A stretch of 64,000 nucleotides of DNA from Iphione sp. A-MEVVRFRX5 (taxonomy: Eukaryota): assembly GCA_976226885.1 (NCBI GenBank), contig OZ320313.1, positions 61,442,001 through 61,506,000 of the forward strand. The letters run 5' to 3'. Of this stretch, positions 23,601-37,600 are shown one piece after another. Within the stretch, counting starts at the first letter, position 1. Every line of letters starts with the position of its first letter. The notes under the pieces were generated by a model that was not told the origin of the DNA, ran no database searches, and saw nothing but the letters and a program-made list of their open reading frames with translations. The position numbers were made by a program, and so were the translations under genes.

Positions 23601-25097
23601 CATAAATGTGATGGCAGTACAATATGGCAACAACAGGGCTTACCACCCATCCCTTGGTCGCTACCAACATCATGACGGCTCGGCTAATTGACAGTGTTGT
23701 CCAATATGACTAATTTACGGGTTACCCCATCCATCATGGCGCCCGTCGACGCCGGGCCTAGCGGTGCAGTGACCGCTTCCTGCCATACCCGACGGTGTCT
23801 ACCTCCCTTAATGGCATCGGTTAGACACCCGTACGAACGCTATTTTGGCGCCCAACTGCCTAGCGATAGTGTCCTTAGGGCCACCTCCTCCAATTCGTGG
23901 GATGATGGCGGTCTGAATAGCAGGATGGTTTTTTTTGCGTCTGAGGATGTGTTCTTACATCGCTCAAGTAAGGAATAATAATAATATAATACGCAAAAAT
24001 ATTGGATATTATATCGACAGCAACAGAAATCAAGGAAAAAGCAGCTTTCGAAGACTATAAAATAATTTATTTACATAATTTCATTGTGGCTTATACTGTC
24101 TGTCTGTTGTTGATCAAACTGCCTATCCATTCATTCTAAACAAATGAAAATTATACCACAATTGCTTGGTCAGTGTATACCTACTTGGAGATAAATAGCG
24201 CAATGTGCCAAACACCCATTTGCTACTAAAACCCTTAAATATGGTAAGCCTGCGACTATGCCGCCATCTCCTGGAAACCCAGAGTTTCAATTTGAGCTGC
24301 CCACAGTCAAGAGGTGAGCCGCCAAGGGGTTAACTCCGCAGCAACCCTTATTACTGAAGAGAGATCGGTAATGGACGAAGAGGGATTTGGGTTGGCAGTT
24401 AGTATTAAGGGTTTGAAATAAGTAGGTGGAATGGAGACGTAGGTTAGGTGTCACCCAAAAGGAGGAGACGTTAGTGCAACATCCGCAAAAGACAGTAATG
24501 GTTGCTGCGGCAGGGAGAACAAGATGATGTACATGGGTGTGGGCGGGGAGGGCAAGAGTCCGTTCGGTTGAGGAGTCATTAGGTAGACGAGGTGGGTGGC
24601 TGTTCGCCACAAGGCATGGACGCTAGCTCCGCACACCGACAAATATGCGATAAGAGGATATATTACGAATGTTGTCCGTAGGAAAATAAATCGCTTGTTG
24701 TTTTAAGGAGGAACCCATGCAAATTTTATGGGAAAAGGATAGGCCATTGTAGTACGAGTCATATTCCCGACCGGCAACTCATATTTTTACGCTCAAAGTC
24801 AGTTAGTGGCCTACCGGAATTAATGTCCCCTAGTGCGCTTGGATAGCCTTCAGTGTAATGGACGACCGGCAGTTGCATTAAATCGCCCTTAGTCATCCGC
24901 CCATTTTACTTTCTCTTTGGGATAGTTGTACGAACGCCTTTGATGTTTTAGGTATAATAAGGCCAGCCAGTGGCAGTTATCTAACTGACCCGTGTTTGTA
25001 GCAATGGCGTTCCGATAACCGACGAACATTTTTTGCTCATGTCCATCGGTTTTTCCAGTTTACAGTATCTGCTCTGTTCATCCACAGTGTCACCTTA

Positions 25098-25413
25098 GGC
25101 GGTGTTCACATGCATCCATAAATCATCAACATAGATACAGACATATAGACGTTATATATCCAGCCTGTAGCTCTATCACTAAATAGCTCACATGCATCCG
25201 TTTCAAAACAGATACGGGACACATAGATGTTTTCTGAACCTGTCGGCGATGCATTTTTCACAAACAGCCATCCGTTTTCCATAGGATCCAGTGGTATAGA
25301 AACATCTGCTATTGCATAGGGAAGGCCTTAAATAAACAGTGCAGGAGGTTGTCTACGTCTACAAACCCGTAGACATATTTTTCTTATGGTTAGGCCTATA
25401 CGTGAACAGGGCC
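25098..25413. mobile_element. Probable PIF/Harbinger-type MITE, 316 bp
   Basis: TTA|GGCGGTGTTCAC ... GTGAACAGGGCC|TTA: 10/12 inverted match with TTA on both sides. TWA TSDs and GGC termini are typical of PIF/Harbinger. Confidence 0.5.
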
Positions 25414-28400
25414 TTACTCATGTTTGTATGTGTTTATGCATATTCATATATAAACATATATATGTGTGTGCATCCAAAAGCTAGGAATCGCACGTAGGCA
25501 CCATGCAATATATGTTAACTTTATTTTTGATGTTTCGAGAACATTTTGCCATTTCGTTCCCAGATCATTTGGCAAACTTATTTCACGCATTCTTCTAATT
25601 CAGATTGATTCGGAACTTTCTCCTATGATTTTCTCGATGTTTTCTCACTGGATTTTCTCCGGGCGTTTGAACATTTCCATCAGGCCAATGAGCCTTATCA
25701 TAGCGGGACGATTCGGCAAGAAAGCGTACCCTTGTGCTGCGTAAGTTTCTTAAATTCGTTCCCTTATTACAGCACATTCTGATTAAAAGTGTAAAATAAG
25801 AAATAAGACCGGAATAGTTTTCCATCTTTGTTTCAATCAGCATTGATTTTAATTTTGCTGAGCAATTTGAAAACTTGTTAAGTGTTGCTCGCGTTCGGCC
25901 ATGATGCGTGGGGCTGTAAAGAAAACTTCAGATCGTCGAGTGATTTTTTTCATGAATACAGGATCCAGCTTCATCTTCACAGACATCGTCGGGCGTTTCA
26001 TGAAGTGGTTGTATCGGTTTCTTCCTTAGTGTGTGCCTTATTTACATGACGATGATATCCTGCATTGGTCGATGCAATGATCATCCATTCTAGGCAAATT
26101 AAAGTCTTTATTTTTCTAAATAAGTGCAAAATCATGAGTTCATAGACTGACATCTCGTCCAGTTGGTTCTACATGACAGTTATTATGCATTCTGCTGTCG
26201 GAGAGAGAATATATATTGTTCACTATCAATGTGTCATCATTTTTGTGATTTACAGAATGCAAGCAGAAACTATGGCAGATACCAATATGATCTAGATGCG
26301 CAGTGTGAAGGCTCAAGTACGTTGAATATTATTTGAGGTACAAGCACTTTCCTCTAAAATACCAATCACCTTGTGTTCACATTGTGATTTTAACCTAGCA
26401 CTATCAAGAATGGTAAGGATTCGGTTAAGGTGTTATGCAATGACATATTACATTTTACATAAGATTTCTGAAGGTAAATTATGAATAAAGTCTATGGCGA
26501 TCATAATATGCAAATAATGTGAATGCATGCTTAATTATGGTTTTTAGAACAATGTCATGCAGCAACATCAGCTTTAGCTAGTTCGTGTATTACCACTTCA
26601 ATATACCCAGCGGAAACAAAAGAGTTAAAGCATGATCGCTATCATGTTGTAAAACGCCGGCGGTCAGTGTCGCCACAAGCTTCCGTACCAAATCCGGCAG
26701 CTACGATACGCATGCCGGGTGTTTGTTGAAGGCGAGGAAGGTGTTCATGGGAAGGCTTGTAGGAAAGACTGAAGCAACGTTAGACTTGGTGATCCATCAC
26801 CGGTTAACACAGTTATGGTAAGCTACCTGTCTCTGAACGTCCTCTCAGACTTGAGCTGATTGCGAAAGGATAAAGGACAACCTGCTTCGACAATTGCCGG
26901 CTTAGGTGGCCTTAGCCTCCCTTCGGGTCGAACCAGTATTTTCTTCGCATATGCTCTCAGCGCCATGACTATAACATTATTTTCAGCTGGCTGCTCAATA
27001 ATGTTGTTTTTTCCCAATAGTCATGTGAAGAGGTTTCGGCGTTATAACTAATACTTTATGTCTGTATCTAGATCGTTACTGTGCTTTCTACTGAATCATG
27101 AAGTTTATAACACTTGCTTACAGTTTCTGATGTCACCTCTTTTATAATAATGTTCGTCTGAGTCTCTCCCTTGATCCAAAATCTAGTTTAATGTTGTAGC
27201 TGTGGCTCTTTTCGGTCCAATCTAGCAACGTCTCTTTCGCTATCGCACTGCCCCTTGCATCCCCACGCAGCCCTGAGTGATCCGGCGCAAAGTCCACCAC
27301 CATCAATTTATTCAGTTATCCCCACCCTAAAGTAGTTAAATCACCGAACCGCTTCGCTGCCAGTGTTGACCCACCCACAACCATAGGTTAGGCTGGAACA
27401 GGATCAGGTACGTTCCGACAAGTCGATCAATCGTCATCACAGTTTAAACCATCTAGTCCATGATATTAACACAGTTATGACCTGTTGTGTAACTACAAAA
27501 GGCAAACCATAGATCAGGACCGGTCGCCTGCTATTTAGAGACAGGGTGCTCTCTCACTTGAATAGAGTTAGAGGAGAGATGCCGAGGTAGACTGGCATTC
27601 ATGATATGACCAAAATGTGATCACTTTATGCTTCCCTTTTTGCCCTTTATGTAGCGTGTAGATGGTCAAAAGGCATTAATTCATATAGGTGATGTCCTTG
27701 TGAAGATTCTACCTGGGCTTGAAATGTCCCAACACTTCATTCCTCTTTTATAGTTATCAACATTTCATATTATTGCTGAAATTAAACAATTGACGAAAGG
27801 GCATATATTGTCCTTGAAAGTGCCTTAAAATATTACGCATCAAGTCCTACTCTGTACATGTATGATCAATGTATGATCATTATATGATTATAGGTTGTAA
27901 CAATGATTGTCAGTAATGTGCACGCATATATATGATACCTGGGTTATCATATAGAAAATGGAAATATGTTAATGCATCTCATTTCATTATCATTTTCATA
28001 GTAATTTGATATCATGGTTACGAGTACAACGTTTGCTGGATGTAAATACTTTATAGTATGCCATCTCTGAGGAAAATAAAAGTTTTAAAAAAAAATATTG
28101 CTATATATCACTCCAAGCCCAAATATCTGTCGCAATTGAATATTAAAGATTATGTTCTATTTCTGTATATGAAGGGAAGTGGAAAACATGATAACTGTAG
28201 GGAGCATCTCATTTCTGGATCACAGGTGCCCTTCGCAATGTGAGGTTTAATCAGCTGGGCTCCAATTGACTATTATCTGAAGATGGTGTGTCGACCTAGT
28301 GGGAATGCATGAATCGGGAAGAGGAAGCGAATGGCCGGGGCTGGTTATGTATTGATGGGAAGCCAGGCAAAATGGCCCGTGACTCTACATACAGAAAGAT

Positions 28401-29519
28401 GACCAGCATACACACCTACACAGTCCATCCAATCTTCATCAGGATCTTATCAGACCTGGGCAGCAGCGGACGCTGAAAGTGCAATATCAGCAAATCATAT
28501 GCTGACAAAATATCTCCTTTCATATAACAGCGGAGCTTCGATACATCATACATTACACGGCAAGGATTTGGTTGCTAATTACAGCAGACACCTGTAAAAA
28601 TGGAAAATAATAGGCATAGATCAGTTCAAAGCCATTTGATGAGCCAGGGCTTCAGTTAGCATTATTTTTGCATACTAGAGCGCAAATTATGCTTTCAAAG
28701 CTAATAAAATACATATATTTTGTATCGAATTGTCCTGAAGTAATCATTAATTTTTATCCCGATATTGAAACTAATACATCGAATCCAGGCCATATCAAGA
28801 TAACTTGATATACGGTTGGCCTCAAGATTTAACATAATATATTCTGACTTTTGGTGATCGCAAATGAATTAACCAGAAACCTCAGTATCACGTTTCCGTT
28901 GGGTTCATCATCGAGAGATAAGCCGGATAGTGATTTCTTGTCCTGACGTATTTTGCATTATCAGAATATTTGGGACATGATATGGCTCGTTGGCCTTTGC
29001 AGTAATACGGCTCTCTTGGTTTCATGCTTTCTCCTGAGAAGGAACCTACTAATATCGGACAACGCATGAGCATAGAGGAAAAAACGACCAAGTATTTTTT
29101 CCATTACATTAAGCGGGTGGACACCGTGTTATTTTGTGCAAATGTCATTTTATCCCCCAACTCCACCGGTGTAATCATCCAGGCAAACGCAAACACAGTG
29201 GGAATGGACTTGTGCCTCCTGTCCACTCCGGCTTAATTTCCCCATGGGCACATTATACTGCGGAGTACCTGAAAGACATTAGGCTCTTAACTCTCGCTCA
29301 TGTCTATTCGGAGCGGCTGACCGCCTAATGATTGCCATCGAAACGGGATCCGCCGGCAACCCGTGACAAACTATGTTTGCACAAGAAACGTATTGTCAGA
29401 AGCTTATGAGAGTGCGCATTAGACGGAAGCCTAGGGTAGATTCCCGCGGTGCCGATGGGCCAGGTGTAAGGTAAGAGTTACTCTTCGTCTGAGTTGAGCG
29501 GAAATGAAGCGAGGTTCCA

Positions 29520-29528
29520 ACCGGAAGT
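29520..29528. promoter_or_regulatory. ETS/GABP-type motif ACCGGAAGT in a locally CpG-rich segment
   Basis: Consensus match. Function not shown. Confidence 0.22.
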
Positions 29529-31103
29529 AGAAGTAGTCAATGGGCAGAAACGATGCCCAAGGACGGTGCGATCATGACCTGCTGACCTACTATGTATTTA
29601 AGTCACGTACGTTAACCTAAATGGGTAAAAGAAGAAAGGGTTTGTCTGGAAACTACATTCTGTCTTTTGGGTTGGTCAATGTTAGTAGGGCACTGCACCT
29701 TGCAAAGTTGCAGGATATTTCTACAGTTAAAACTGTGCTAGCAATAGTTGATTAGGTTCTTAAGAACAGAAACCAGTGACGCTAGGTAAAGAAAATATTC
29801 CATAAACACCAATACGGACTGACAAAAAAAAAAAGAAATCATGATTATCCATTATATCGTCAGTCAGCCCCGACTAAAATAATATGGGACTGATTTCTTA
29901 TCATTGAAATCTGTAATATATGACTGATTTTGATTGAGTAAGACAAACAAGAATTTACATGTAAACTAATCATGGTATTTCAGTAGGATGACAGAATTAT
30001 ATCATCCAATGTAACTTGAATCCCCTGAGATAAACTTTATCTGATGTCATATTGCTAGAGAAAAACCTCTCATCGTATATATTGAATTTAGAGAATTAAC
30101 AGGGCGACTCGACGTGGGAACAGAATCTTTCTCTGAGACAATATGAATGGTTAGAATTGCTTTTACATTGTCTTTTTTGGAAAGTTAAGAAAGGTTCATC
30201 ATCTTCGTCTGATCAAAAGTAATATTGAATTATATTACCTTGCAGAAAGTCTTAAAACGTTCAAATTACTTTGATTCACCAGAGGTAGCCTTAAATCATA
30301 GTTTTAGCTTAGTTTTGTTTTAAAGGTGCTTTTTCTTTCTCATTTCCTGGCATCCTTCTTTGTTGGCTGATTCAGTTCCATTACGAACCTGACTTGAAAC
30401 GAGAGCGCAAGATAAAACTGAACACACACAGGTAATCTGTTTCTTCTGACAGACGATGAAACGTGTTCTAAAACAAGTTATATGCGTAATTTGGAAGAAA
30501 AGCAGAGGGCCGTCGTTCCCCAAGTGTGTTCTTCCATTCTGGAGACAGTGAAAAGGCCAACCATGTGATAAAAACAAATAAATTACCTTATTATCAATTA
30601 ACCCCTTTCGCCCTCCATATCCGTAGATATTGAGGTTTTCTGACAATCATCCATATTTTCGCCCCATTGACCTAATGAAAATCTTTAGGGTGAAATCTCT
30701 CCGAGTGTGAAACGCTTTTATCGAGCGGAAAACTATATTACTTCAGTACCGAACAAATCAGTAACCCGTGTTTGGAAACTGAGATTTTTTGTTTTTCTTA
30801 CCACATGTTTCCATTTCATTAGAAAATAAAACAATTTGTTCATTCTTTCTTACATTGAGTAAAATTAGACAATACAATGCCTACGGGGTTGCGACTTCTA
30901 GAGCCATTAGTAAGGTAGAGTGTAATTTGAAGCGTGCCCTTTCAAGCAAAGTAGCATTCGGCACATCGCACAAATAACTGATTCGCTCTACAAGAAAAAG
31001 CAAATTTTTAAGAAGCTAAGCAAAATGTGTTTGACAGCTCAGTGCACCGAAATTGCAATATCTCATGAGGTCCATGTGCCGTTTTAAAGCACAGAGAGAA
31101 ATC

Positions 31104-31203
31104 GAATATAGTGTTACAACTATTTATAATTAAGATTTGACTTTGCGCCATGGAATATAGTGTTACAACTATTTATAATTAAGATTTGACTTTGCGCCAT
31201 GGA
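31104..31203. repeat. Perfect 49-bp tandem duplication
   Basis: gaatatagtgttacaactatttataattaagatttgactttgcgccatg at 31104 and 31153. Confidence 0.95.
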
Positions 31204-31875
31204 TATTTTACTTGACGCTTCGAAAATCAGGCATCAGTTTCTGAACAGCCTCCGCATTTCTTGCCATGCAGAGATTTGTTGCCAAAGGTCAAGTGTATAA
31301 TTCTGTTGAATTAAAATTGATTAGCCCTGTAAGTGACCGGAGGTGTGTTTAATATATATGCATTTTTAATTTCGTAGCGTACCACGCACAACAATGTGGT
31401 TATTATACATCGTGTGTCTCAAATATTGAAAACGTTATAAAAAGCTGCTGAAGGCATATTGAAAATGTGCTCTGTAAAGCAGGATTGCCAAAAATATAAG
31501 GGTGTCTATTTTTTTCATTATCTGTAGTATGGTAGAACACACCAACACAGCACAACGTTTCGAACATATTTGTCCTTCTTCAAGCCTTTTTTATTACCTG
31601 TTTATATTAGTCGGAGAAAGGGACCAGGCAACATCTGAGATCTATGTTCATTTTGTAGAGTATCCAGCTCACTGCTTTCATAGGGTTATCTGTATTTGTT
31701 GTGGTCAAATCATATTTTCTTATGCACAACGTTTGACCAAAATGTTTCATTATACTGAGAACATTGTTTGCTAGCGTGTATCCCGCTGTATTCATCACGT
31801 TATGTGTTCTGTTCTTAATCTGTATTTCATAACTGCTATCCTTAAAGTGTTGTGCTCCATATAGAGGCAAAAATA

Positions 31876-32165
31876 GGTGTGTTTCTGGTAACAGCCTAGG
31901 TAGGTAGGAGGGTATATTTTTATTCAATTTTTTCCCCATTTTCTTCCTCTGGTTTTCAATAATAATAAAGACAATATCAAGAATTTTGACTAAGTTTTTT
32001 GTGAATTTCCATGGATTTTATTGTTTTTATACTGAATTTACCAAAATTATGTGTCATAAAAACACATATCTAAGGAAATTCAGTCTTTGAAACTCTTTGG
32101 GGCGCCAAAATTTTTTAGGTAGGGTGAAGGTTTACTAGGTAGGGGTGGGTTACCAGAAACACACC
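31876..32165. mobile_element. MITE, 290 bp, 17-bp perfect TIRs, TA flanks
   Basis: GGTGTGTTTCTGGTAAC (31876-31892) and GTTACCAGAAACACACC (32149-32165), with TA on both sides. The inverted match extends to 22 bp with AAATA/TATTT. AT-rich non-coding interior with subterminal TAGG repeats. Confidence 0.8.
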
Positions 32166-32171
32166 TATTTA

Positions 32172-33278
32172 GGGGGGACCTAGGCACTTCTGCTGGATTG
32201 CCTCTCTAAGGGCTGGGTTCCTTGCCTGCGTTTACATGCTTAAGGCCCAGTTTCCTTACATGCCAGTGATGTCTGTCTGCGATTCTGTGCATTTCCATGT
32301 GTGATTATTGGACTAGAGGCAATCAGTGAGGAGTGTTCCTTACGTGTGTGAGCCGTCCGTGTGTGATGCTATCTGGTGCTGTCCGATACCCATTTTCAAG
32401 CCCTGACCAATAATCCAGTGCAGGCCAGTGCGGACCAGTGCAATTTATGACTTGAAATTACAAAAAATGACAGAAAATGCAAAAAAGGGCACATTTCATG
32501 GAAAGTAAGCCAAACAAATGGCTTATTTCAGAGAGCAAAAAAACCATCAAATTACATGGAAAATCAGCCGAAAAATGGTTTTGTTATGTAAAATAGGCTG
32601 AAAAATGGCAAAAAATGACCGTAAAAACTCCAGAAAAAGACATACATGGGCAGACAGTGTGGACATGTCCACAGATCACGCTGAAATTGAACAAATGTGA
32701 AGAAATATGAAGAAATAGCAGTGCATTTCTGTGTGTGCATGAATTGTCAAAGGACACCACTCTGCATGAGCTTGCGGGAAAACAAAAAAGTGAAATGCAT
32801 GTGAAATGCATGTTAACACACATGGAAGGCAATGGCATGGAAATATACGTAAATACAGGTATAGAAACCGGGCCTTACCCTGCGTTTGCCTTCTGTGTGC
32901 ATTACCATGCGTTTTACATGCGTTTTCCAGTCGTGCACCTCAACGCACAGGGGTGTCTATTGAGACTGCGTTGAGGTTGCATTGAGGTTGCGTGAGGTGC
33001 CATTTAATGACTGTTAAAAGGATAGAAATGATGCTAAAAAAATGGCAGAAATGATGGGAAAAATATGAAAAAGACCAAAAATGATGCTAAAAGCTGCATA
33101 AAAAACAGAAATGCTGGAAAATGATGAAAAAGGACAGAACTGATGCTCAAAGATGCAAAAACGGAAGCAAAACATATGTGTTGGTGCGCGTTTGTGCTTT
33201 AAATCAACGGTCAGGGGCCGTTAATGGTCAACGGATGAACAACGCACCTCAACGCACATGCAGGCAATAGGTACCCTC
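32172..33278. mobile_element. Probable non-autonomous DNA transposon, about 1.1 kb, imperfect TIRs and TA flanks
   Basis: Left TA|GGGGGGACCTA versus reverse complement of right TA|GAGGGTACCTA (9/11). Interior has A-rich degenerate repeats (aaaaatg...) and repeated ACCTCAACGCA / TGCGTTGAGGT motifs. Confidence 0.4.
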
Positions 33279-34533
33279 TATTAAAATCAACATGATCGAT
33301 AAAAACGGACTCAAAATGGATCCAAATGCACAGATACCACCGCAGGGATGGAACCCGGCTTTAATTGCTGTACAATCCGATTTTCGGATGACATTTATAA
33401 TATCGATGCCTCCATAGAATTAAATGCTAGCTACACAAATCCCAACTTATTTATGATTTTCTATTAAAAATGGCTCTATTTTCACGAGCTGTCATCTTTT
33501 GATGTCATAGAATAGAATACCTGTACCTGGCTATGTCATAATACAAATTGAAATATTCGTTCAAAGAGCTGGTGATCTATACTCTACACGGGACGCGTTA
33601 ACTTTTCATGAACATTTAGGGGAAAACGTTCGCCGGTATCCATTGCGACGTTTATGCTTTATGTTTGCCTAATTGCCCGGTACATTTATGTTAAAAGGAC
33701 GAATATCACGCCCCTGGTTTTGCATTCCCATTAGCACCTTGAGGTAGGATGAAAGGTGGAGCCATTAGTGGTGGTGTGAACTCGGGCAGCTAAGCTAATG
33801 AAGCTTAACGTCAGTAGTATGGAAGCCCTGGCCCACGAGTACCTCCCTGGGAGACCGAACTGTCCGGCCGAGCAACTGGGAGTAGAAAGCGGCTGCTACA
33901 TTGGCTAATACCACTCAATCTACTTCCGAATGACTTGCCCCAACTTTTCTCCTCTGCCTCACTTACTCCATCTGTCGCTTTCTCTCCCTCCATCTACCGA
34001 TCTGCGCGAGCCCAGCTTTTCCCTTTAATAACGAAAAGATTATTCATCAACACTGCTCTGTCATGTATCTCATCGTGTCACAGGTACCCATTGATCAGGG
34101 AACACTCGACATAATGCCGCTGGGATACATTATTCTATGAGCACGTAATTCTTTTTTTCCTTGATATTTATAAAATGAAAATAGCCCAGATATTGTAACT
34201 GCCCCACCCCACCCCGATTCCACTCCAATCCCCTCCACTCTGCTTTATTTTTACCAGGAAAATCATCCTATACCGTTATCTCCTTGAACAATTTCCTGTC
34301 CCAGTATGCCACCCCTTTTTCTTTGGGACACTCCTTCCTTCCGCTGTTCATCTTTCGCCTACACGCTTCCCACACCGTCCTCCGCACTTGGCAGCCTCCT
34401 CGGAGCAGCTCCATGTCAAACGTCTTATTCAGGAGTTGGATGGCGCTGGCGATCGAAGGGCCCTTCCGGAAACACGCGGTTATGACGTATTGATTCGTCC
34501 GACTCCCTACCTTACCCACCAACATTTCGCCCA

Positions 34534-34586
34534 TCTCTCCCACTCTCTCTCCCACTCTCTCTCCCTCTCCCTCTCCCTCTCTCTCT

Positions 34587-34648
<62 letters not shown>
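34534..34648. repeat. (CT)n microsatellite with CCCT interruptions
   Basis: Directly visible, about 115 bp. Confidence 0.97.
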
Positions 34649-34652
<4 letters not shown>

Positions 34653-37600
34653 CCGCCTCTCCCAATGTATGATGACCACTCTCATTATGGGCGTTTGACC
34701 TTCAGATCGCCCGTTGTAATGTCTTGACGCTCCACCGTGTAGCCATATGAGACCATGTCGGCGCTGACTGTCTGTGCATCGTTCGGCTGCCTGCCGAGTT
34801 CAGAGCTTTTACCGCAACACCAGGCGCCGCCATCTAATAGGACATGACAAAATTGGCCAAGGCTCGAAGGCTGCACCGTGAAACATAGGAAGGTCAGATG
34901 CATACTGCTGATCGCTAACGTTGGAAGTCATTTGCAGCGTGTCGTCATGGGCATTGGGATCGAGTGCGACGGAGCTTTGCTGTGTCGTGTAAACGGACTC
35001 TACAGGCAAAAGGTCTAAAAACAATGGGTTTTAACAATAAACAGCAGCAAAATTGATATCGTAAAATTATACCGCCTAGCGATAGATCCGTACAGGTTTC
35101 AGGTAGTATTAAAATAATATCGGGCGTAAAATGCGTGCTATCGTAATATCCTAAGGGATGGTTAGACTGTAGTGTGAGTGGCATGAAACCTTTGCATGGA
35201 AAGTTTGAGGTGACTAGGGCAGGAATCTGTAGAAATTTGTATATTCCTCCTTCTGCCATCGTGTGCGAATCTGGCCAACTGTTGCTAAGAACCTCCATTC
35301 ATTTCAACTTAACGTGATTCACGTTTGACAGCACGTGAAGTAATATCTCAGATTTTCGGTTTTTATGATCACACACGACAAAGCAGATTCAGACACAAGT
35401 GAACAACCGAGCTAAATTGTTTTACTCTACAGACTGGGATGTCTTCTTTTTCTTTCAAGATGGGCTCAAGATGACTACATGTATATGCCCCATATAGAAT
35501 GCTATTTTCGAGGTATCCGCAGCATCTTAATTTTCACAATGGAACACTAAAAGGAGTTGTCTTAAAGCCATGCATCTATGAACGGGTCCTATGTCTCATA
35601 ACTGGTAAAATGATTACACGTAACAGGGTAACATCCATTTCTAAGTCATACAACAGCTGGCAGTGCGCAAGACTGGCAGGGCTGCAACATGTTCGTCATG
35701 TCAGTCCAGCACGATGTTGTGAGTAGTATATAGAAAGGGTAAATATCCGCTGGATATATATCGAGGGTTTGCCTCTGGTAATTTATGTACATTGTATTTT
35801 GATTATATTGATCAGGATTCGTTCCATTATCCCTAACTATTTACGCGATACCTCTGACCTAGACACGAATTTCCAATTTCCTTCCTCAAAAATAATTCAC
35901 ATGATAACCCACCTAGTTAATTGACCTAGAATTATGACAATTATAGTTAATTCTGTGCTTACCACTTTTAAACATGGGCGAAGCAGGTCAGAATGCATGC
36001 ATACAGTTTTGTACTTAATAACGTGTCTATCAACGATATTACATGCATTGTATGTGCGTACACATGCGTTTAATGCATGGACAAAACCTGCGTGAATGTC
36101 AATACATCCCTAAGTCGTCCGCCGAATACCTCCATAAAGAGAAAGAGGGGATAGATTACAAGATGTCAATTCATAATCATCTTGCATGAATTTGTACAGG
36201 AATAAACCAAAGTTGTCCTAATTAATAGGGTTCCTAATAACTCTTCACGAACTGGGTCTGGGTTGAATGCACACGATATGATTTAGCCAGTAATGCGTTC
36301 TATATGATCCAGTGCAGCTTACATAGTCTATGTTCTTCTCAAACCTACTCAAACCTAAGAGACAGGTCGTGGCCATTCATATATTACGTGTATGGTATCC
36401 CTAGTTCAGGGTTCCTATATGTACTTTCTGAAAAGTACTCCGTACATACCATTTGCACATGGTTGTGGGAACGCTGCAGAGCTCTATCTGAATGATCACC
36501 CATGCACACACAGATAATTACATGTATACACGCAATGTTCAACAATACATAATTTTTGCCGGTGGAGTTCGCCTCTTTGATTTGCCTAACGTAAAAGGGG
36601 AGTTTTCTTCGTGTCCATGACAGCATTAACTCCTTTGTAATTCAAATGCTTACAATAGGGAATGATATGACGCGGTCCCTAAAGGTAAATTTGTGGTAAT
36701 ATAATGTGAACGTATCTGTTAACAGTCGACGACATGCCAGATTATACCTAGACTCAAAGCTTCCTACAATACAATACGCATACATCTCCTATTGATGTTA
36801 ACATCTGTGCATTCTCTCATAACTTGAAGATCCTTTGAGGATATAACTGTATATTATATAACAATAAATAAAAGAATGCACGATGCTTCTGTGCTCGGCA
36901 CCGCCAGGTCGGAGTTAGTTTCACGGGGTATATACTTCAAACCTATTCATACTACAAGCGTATACATTTTCTTGTAAGTCCTCGGCAGTCACACTTTCAA
37001 ACAGCTAATGTGATTATGTTGGAGGTTGACCGTGCTCGATCTGCTACTATTGAACAACACGATCTTTGACTTCATGCATTTCGTTTCAATCTGTTGGGAC
37101 TTGGCTCGACCCTGTTGGCCAGCAAGGTCACGATACCGTCAGTATGCTGGCCAGAGAAGCCATCCCGTTTGCCGTTCAGCTTACCTCGTTGTCTACTCTC
37201 CTTCCTCTTGGATGCTTTTGTGTGGAGGCCTCCGCTGGACGGGTCTGAGACAGATCATTCTAGTATCAGGGGAGACAGCCCTGACTGGACCTTGGTCACA
37301 GCAGCCTGTCTCACATATCTTAATATACGCCTTGCTCTCATATAAACATATCCAGATAAAGATTTTACTTGAAATTAGGGGCACGTCGTTGATGAGTTAG
37401 GATTGATGCGTATTCTAGCTGAGTATCACTATTAGACGATACAAGCGTAAATTGATCTAAAAGAGAAGAGATGTTATCATATTCTCTGATGATTGTAATC
37501 GCATCTTTTCGCTAAGACATACTTTGAAATAGTTCAGATACTTCCTAACAGATCTTTGTGATCGTGTCAGCCCTGAGGCCATTTTTCCAGCTATATTGAT

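Noticed and set aside
24287-24642. Strand-biased segment that looks like decayed retroelement coding sequence
   Set aside because: No diagnostic RT, RH or YR motif recoverable in any frame.
25470-25745. Minus-strand frame open except for two TGA codons, suggesting a TGA=Trp code (NUMT or endosymbiont DNA)
   Set aside because: Only about 90 codons, bounded by TAA, no similarity to mitochondrial proteins, and other frames look equally protein-like; decay is the simpler explanation.
34268-34903. ORFs on either side of the CT microsatellite
   Set aside because: Start codons and lengths depend on the repeat; no family motif or convincing splice sites.
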